Origin: an uncultured Thermodesulfobacteriota bacterium
GTDB lineage: Bacteria; Desulfobacterota; DSWW01
NCBI GenBank assembly: GCA_964439795.1
Contig: CAYTRL010000001.1
Span: forward strand, 1 to 46,365
DNA length: 46,365 nucleotides
Direction of reading: 5' to 3'
The position numbers and the translations under genes are program-made. Below the pieces are notes generated by a model. It was not told the DNA's origin and made no database searches. It saw only the letters and a program-made list of their open reading frames with translations. Positions 42,692 to 46,365 of the stretch are shown one piece after another; within the stretch, counting starts at the first letter, position 1, and each line of letters starts with the position of its first letter.

Positions 42692-42720
42692 TTGACAAGG
42701 TGGATCTTCCTCCCTAAACT
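42692..42720 (+). promoter_or_regulatory. Sigma70-like promoter upstream of lpxA
   Basis: TTGACA (42692-42697), 17-nt spacer, TAAACT (42715-42720), 46 nt upstream of the ATG. Confidence 0.45.
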
Positions 42721-42766
42721 GCTCACAATCTGAAACCCGGAAGCGATCTCTTCGAGAGAAACGACC

Positions 42767-43588
42767 ATGTCAATGATTCATCCCACGGCAATCGTGGACC
42801 CCACCGCGAAGATCGCGGACGGGGTGGAAATCGGGGCCTATGCCGTGATCGAGGGGAACGCGGAAATCGGGCCCGGAACGGTCATCCGTCCTCACGCCAT
42901 GATCCGGCAGTTCACGACCATGGGGTCCGGCAACTTCGTGGATTCTTTTGCCGTCCTGGGCGGGAATCCCCAGGACCTGAAATTCGAACCGGAACAGCTG
43001 ACCTGCCTTCGGATCGGAAACGACAATGTGTTCCGCGAGGGGGTGACCATCTCCCGGGGCACGGGGACCGGGAGCGAGACCGTGGTGGGCAACCAAACCT
43101 ACTGGATGGCCAACGCCCACGCCGGCCACAACTGTGAAATCCAGGACCGGGTGATCGTGGTCAACGGGTCTCTGCTGGCCGGTCACTGCACCGTCGGGCC
43201 CGATGCCGTCCTGCCCGCGAACGGATCCGTTCACCAGTTCTGCTGGGTGGGGGAGGGAGCCTTTTTTCAGGGGGGCGCTCAGGTCAGCATGCACGTTCCG
43301 CCCTACGTGCTCTGTGCCCGGGACAACTGCGTGATGGGCCTGAACTCCGTGGGCATGCGCAGAGCCGAGGGGGTCACCCCCGGGGAGCGGAAACAGATAC
43401 GGGAGGCGTTCCGGATTACCTACCAGTCCGGCCTGACCCTGCAGGAGGCGCTGGCAAGGATGGAGGGCCTCGAGGACTGGACCGGGATCGCCGTGAAGTT
43501 CCGCGATTTCATCCGAAAGATTCTCACCGCGTCGCCCCCCCACAACCGGGGGTTGTGTCCGGCGCGTAAAGACCGCGTCCCCCACTGA
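42767..43588 (+). CDS. lpxA: Acyl-ACP--UDP-N-acetylglucosamine O-acyltransferase
   Basis: MIHPTAIVDPTAKIADGVEIGAYAVIEG hexapeptide repeats, ANAHAGHNCEI, GSVHQFCWVG, NSVGMRRAG-type C-terminal helical domain. Confidence 0.9.
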   Translation: MSMIHPTAIVDPTAKIADGVEIGAYAVIEGNAEIGPGTVIRPHAMIRQFTTMGSGNFVDSFAVLGGNPQDLKFEPEQLTCLRIGNDNVFREGVTISRGTGTGSETVVGNQTYWMANAHAGHNCEIQDRVIVVNGSLLAGHCTVGPDAVLPANGSVHQFCWVGEGAFFQGGAQVSMHVPPYVLCARDNCVMGLNSVGMRRAEGVTPGERKQIREAFRITYQSGLTLQEALARMEGLEDWTGIAVKFRDFIRKILTASPPHNRGLCPARKDRVPH

Positions 43589-43589
43589 T

Positions 43590-43840
43590 TCGGCTTCCGA
43601 TACACGCCCTCAAAGGTCTGTCTCGCGACCCGGACCTTCACCCGCCTTGCATCCTTCCTCCCCCTTGCATACGTGCACTTCTTGTCCGCCGGAATCGAAT
43701 CGAGAAAATCCGATACATTCCCGCAATCCCCATAAGGTGAATACAGGAACTGAACAATAGAGGCTCTTGAGGGAAGCGGGGAAAAGCCAGGCGGCCGCTG
43801 GGGAGTTTCCCGTAGGACGCGTTCCGTTTACAGGTCCGGT
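43590..43840. repeat. Composite ~230-bp intergenic repeat, copy C
   Basis: ctcaaaggtctgtctcgcgacccggaccttcacccgccttgcat...gcacttcttgtccgccggaatcgaatc, then agccaggcggccgctggggagtttcccgtaggacgc. Begins right after the lpxA stop, and its distal end overlaps the 3' end of the convergent lipoprotein gene. Confidence 0.75.
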
Positions 43841-44307
43841 GTCCGGAAACGGAACGGCAGGTTCGTGTCCGTGTATTGTTCGCGGACCCGCCCCCCGTAC
43901 ATGTAGGTGTAGGTGGACCAGTCCGATACTTCGTCGCCGGTCCGGACCCTCACCGACCAGAGGTATTTGGTCCGGGGCTGGAGGGGGGTTTCCACCTTGT
44001 GGGTGGTCTCCAGGAGGCCTTCACGGTAGTACATGGCTCCCCCGGGTTTTCCCGTGTGTCCCACCCGGAACGTGGCGCCTTCCGACGGGCAGATGGCCAG
44101 ATCATAGCGCGCACCCGGTTCCGGAGCCGCCTCCCAGGAAAGTACGGGCTGCAGGCTGTCCACCTTCGGGTAATGTGCGGGCCGTCTCACGGTGGGTTCC
44201 AGCGGCTTGAGCCCGTTGAACCGGGTGCAAGCGGATGCACAGAGAAGAATCCCCATCATCAGAAGCGCAACCCGGAGGGGCAAAGAGGCTTCTTTGTTCT
44301 TCGGCAT
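43828..44307 (-). CDS. Small lipoprotein of unknown function
   Basis: Signal peptide with lipobox CASAC. 159 aa with beta-rich composition. Confidence 0.65.
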   Translation of the reverse strand: MPKNKEASLPLRVALLMMGILLCASACTRFNGLKPLEPTVRRPAHYPKVDSLQPVLSWEAAPEPGARYDLAICPSEGATFRVGHTGKPGGAMYYREGLLETTHKVETPLQPRTKYLWSVRVRTGDEVSDWSTYTYMYGGRVREQYTDTNLPFRFRTPDL

Positions 44308-44371
44308 GGAACGATCTCCTGTTTCAAGGGGAGACGATCAAACGCGCCCTTTCCGATATCGGTTCGTCGGA

Positions 44372-44935
44372 TCAGGAAGACGCCGGCGGGGGAAAGTGTT
44401 TCAGGACCTTCTCGACGGCTTTATCGCAGATCTTCTTTCCCTGCTTTTCGGTCAAGTCCGGCGCCAGGCCGCCCTGGGCCTCCCCGCGCCAGACGAGCTG
44501 GTTGGTTCCGGGGTTCACGAAGTCCAGGATCAGGGTGCCCTTCTCGTACTGGGCCACCTCCACCATGCCGAACCCCTTGGGGTTGCGGTACCGTTTCCGG
44601 GCGGCGTAGCTGTACCCCCAATCGTCCACGTCGATCTTGTCTTCCCTGATTACATGGAATATCACGAGAAGATCCGGGTCGGAAGCAACCATGCGCAGTC
44701 CCTTCCGGGCAAGCTGCTCGTCCACGGCTTGCCGTATCCACTGGTCACGGGCGGATCTGCGCTCGGTTTCATCAGCCGGTTCGTCCGGGGAGGGCGCGGG
44801 AGGAGGAATCCAGGCATAGGTCCTGAGTTGTTCCAGGTCCGCCCCGGAATCGTATGCGTACCGCGTCTTGACGGAAGAGCAACCGGCAGCCAGCAGCAGG
44901 ACACAAAGCCCGATAGCCGCGTATCTGGGTTTCAC
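44372..44935 (-). CDS. DUF4136-like lipoprotein
   Basis: Lipobox LAAGCSS. Family-typical end GTLILDFVNPGTNQLVWRGEAQG. Confidence 0.7.
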   Translation of the reverse strand: MKPRYAAIGLCVLLLAAGCSSVKTRYAYDSGADLEQLRTYAWIPPPAPSPDEPADETERRSARDQWIRQAVDEQLARKGLRMVASDPDLLVIFHVIREDKIDVDDWGYSYAARKRYRNPKGFGMVEVAQYEKGTLILDFVNPGTNQLVWRGEAQGGLAPDLTEKQGKKICDKAVEKVLKHFPPPASS

Positions 44936-45065
44936 GTTGGGTCCCTCCCTTGCCGAACCGGAGCAACGGTCCAGTCATCGAAAAAGGTTTCGTAAACAGG
45001 CATCGCCGCGACCATCCACCGGGCGTCCGTCTGCCCGGACGATAGAAACACCAGCATTCTTGTGT

Positions 45066-45608
45066 TCACTTTTCCGGATCTTCGGTTTTGGGATCCCCTC
45101 CCGTGTAGCGGCATTTCTTGACCGCTTCCAGGGCATGTTCCGGTTCCGCCAAAACCGGTCTCAGGAACATGGGATCGTATCGATCCATTCGGGGCTCGAA
45201 CCCTACGCCGGGGGTTAACACCATCTGCACGAAGAGCGTTTCGCCCGGCTTCAGGGAAAAGTTCTTCTTGCTCCTTTCTTCCTCGGTGTTCTTCTTCCCC
45301 TGGACCGTGGTGGTGACCAGGTGCGCCACCTCGTAGTCGCCGGCGGGACGGTCTACATAGAAAAAGCCGTTGGTCTTGGCCCGGCCCACTTCTTCCCCGT
45401 TCAGGGTGATGACCGGCTTCCACCCGGCGTGTCGGGCGCGTTTGGGAACGAAGAACACGATGCGCCCCTGGTCGCCGGTGAGTTCAGGCACCTCCGGAAG
45501 GACCTGATCAAAAGAGGGCTTGCTCGCCGCACACCCTGCAAGGCAGAGCGTCAGGGTGAGAACGGTGACGATCCTGAGGATTTTACCGGAGCAGAGAAAC
45601 GGTTTCAT
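45066..45608 (-). CDS. DUF2846-like lipoprotein, paralog a
   Basis: Lipobox LAGCAAS. GRIVFFVPKR...ITLNGEEVGRAKTNGFFYVDRPAGDYEV. Confidence 0.7.
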   Translation of the reverse strand: MKPFLCSGKILRIVTVLTLTLCLAGCAASKPSFDQVLPEVPELTGDQGRIVFFVPKRARHAGWKPVITLNGEEVGRAKTNGFFYVDRPAGDYEVAHLVTTTVQGKKNTEEERSKKNFSLKPGETLFVQMVLTPGVGFEPRMDRYDPMFLRPVLAEPEHALEAVKKCRYTGGDPKTEDPEK

Positions 45609-45616
45609 GGTGGCTC

Positions 45617-46066
45617 CTAATTGTCCTTTCCGGAGGACGGTTCAAAATAGGTGCAGTTCTGTATGGTTTTCTTTGCGTCGGCAGGTTCCGTGAGGAGCAG
45701 GCGCAACCGCCGGTCGATGCCCAGAACCTCCACGTAACGGGTCTCGCGCGGGGAAAGGGTCAACACGAGTTTGTCCATGGAGATGATGCCCGTTTTTCCT
45801 CGATAGACCTGGATCGTGTATTCGCCCACCGGCCGGTCGATATAGAAGAAGCTCATGGAGGTCAGCGTTCCCACCCTTTCTTTGTTGATTTTGATCAAGG
45901 CGGTTTTCACCGGATACTCGGTGAGATAGAAGAAGATCCTGCCGCTGTCTTCACCCAGCGCTGGAATCTGGTCGACCATTTCATGGTAGGCGGGGCCTGT
46001 TACGGCGCATGCCGCCAGATTCAGGGCAAGCGCTGCAAGAACCATTGTTGTGAGCTTTTTCATCAT
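45617..46066 (-). CDS. DUF2846-like lipoprotein, paralog b
   Basis: MMKKLTTMVLAALALNLAAC lipobox. GRIFFYLTE...IKINKERVGTLTSMSFFYIDRPVGEYTI parallels paralog a. The ORF-track start at 46129 is probably too long. Confidence 0.7.
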   Translation of the reverse strand: MMKKLTTMVLAALALNLAACAVTGPAYHEMVDQIPALGEDSGRIFFYLTEYPVKTALIKINKERVGTLTSMSFFYIDRPVGEYTIQVYRGKTGIISMDKLVLTLSPRETRYVEVLGIDRRLRLLLTEPADAKKTIQNCTYFEPSSGKDN

Positions 46067-46365
46067 TCTTTCTCTTCTTCCTCTGGGGGAACGTGGGGGA
46101 TCGAGTCCAAGACATGTTTCCACATTCATGACATTTGTGATCCGTCAAGTCAATTCCCCTTTTGCGCTCTCGTTGGCGTAAGTTCAAGAACGCATCGTAA
46201 GGATATTGCGAGGAGCAACCGGTGGATGTGACAAAGCTCTTGGAAGACTCGGAAATTGCCAGGAACCGAAGGCGACGCGGCTATCCTCCGGGGGCAGAAG
46301 GGTGTTCAGGGGGGGGAGGTTTCCGTCGGCGGGACGTTGCCGGTTTCTTCGATCACCCGGTAACC

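Noticed and set aside
46306-46365. Possible 3' end of a minus-strand gene running off the window (…GYRVIEETGNVPPTETSPP-stop)
   Set aside because: Only 19 codons are visible and the frame cannot be verified, so support is insufficient.
1-46365. Apparent excess of GGATCC / GATC sites
   Set aside because: I cannot compute expected frequencies here. In GC-rich DNA with REP units containing ggatcc, the impression may be trivial.

Overview
A GC-rich chromosomal segment (roughly 60-65% GC by eye, not computed) from a Gram-negative bacterium, shown by LpxA and many lipobox lipoproteins. The gene content, a selenoprotein and the intergenic repeat families suggest a Desulfobacterota/deltaproteobacterial-type anaerobe, but that is inference only. 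I support 36 protein-coding genes, one clean intrinsic terminator, two sigma70-like promoters, one candidate operator and several intergenic repeat families. I found no rRNA, tRNA, CRISPR array, transposase, integrase or phage genes.

Because of the GC content, almost every real gene is shadowed by a long antisense ORF rich in R/G/P/H. I rejected these.

The most notable items are:
- A peroxiredoxin-like lipoprotein that the ORF track splits in two at an in-frame TGA. The TGA falls exactly on the first Cys of the FYRGHW-C-xxC active site and has a SECIS-like hairpin downstream, so this is a probable selenoprotein.
- A single 932-aa frame fusing a class II HMG-CoA reductase to a ~500-aa QW-repeat (terpene cyclase/prenyltransferase-like) domain, divergent from a type 2 IPP isomerase.
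- A 93-nt element with a perfect 28-bp AT-rich stem, present twice. Each copy starts 5-6 nt after a stop codon in the same gene-relative orientation, and the two copies differ by a compensatory arm substitution.
- A ~230-bp composite intergenic repeat in 3 copies.
- A PEP-utilising-type ATP-grasp/swivel-His protein that lacks the usual C-terminal barrel and is translationally coupled to a stand-alone receiver.
- A padR-acyl-CoA dehydrogenase-moxR-vwa operon.
- A receiver protein with a C-terminal CxxC...CxxC module.

All family assignments come from motif recognition by eye, and no database search was run.
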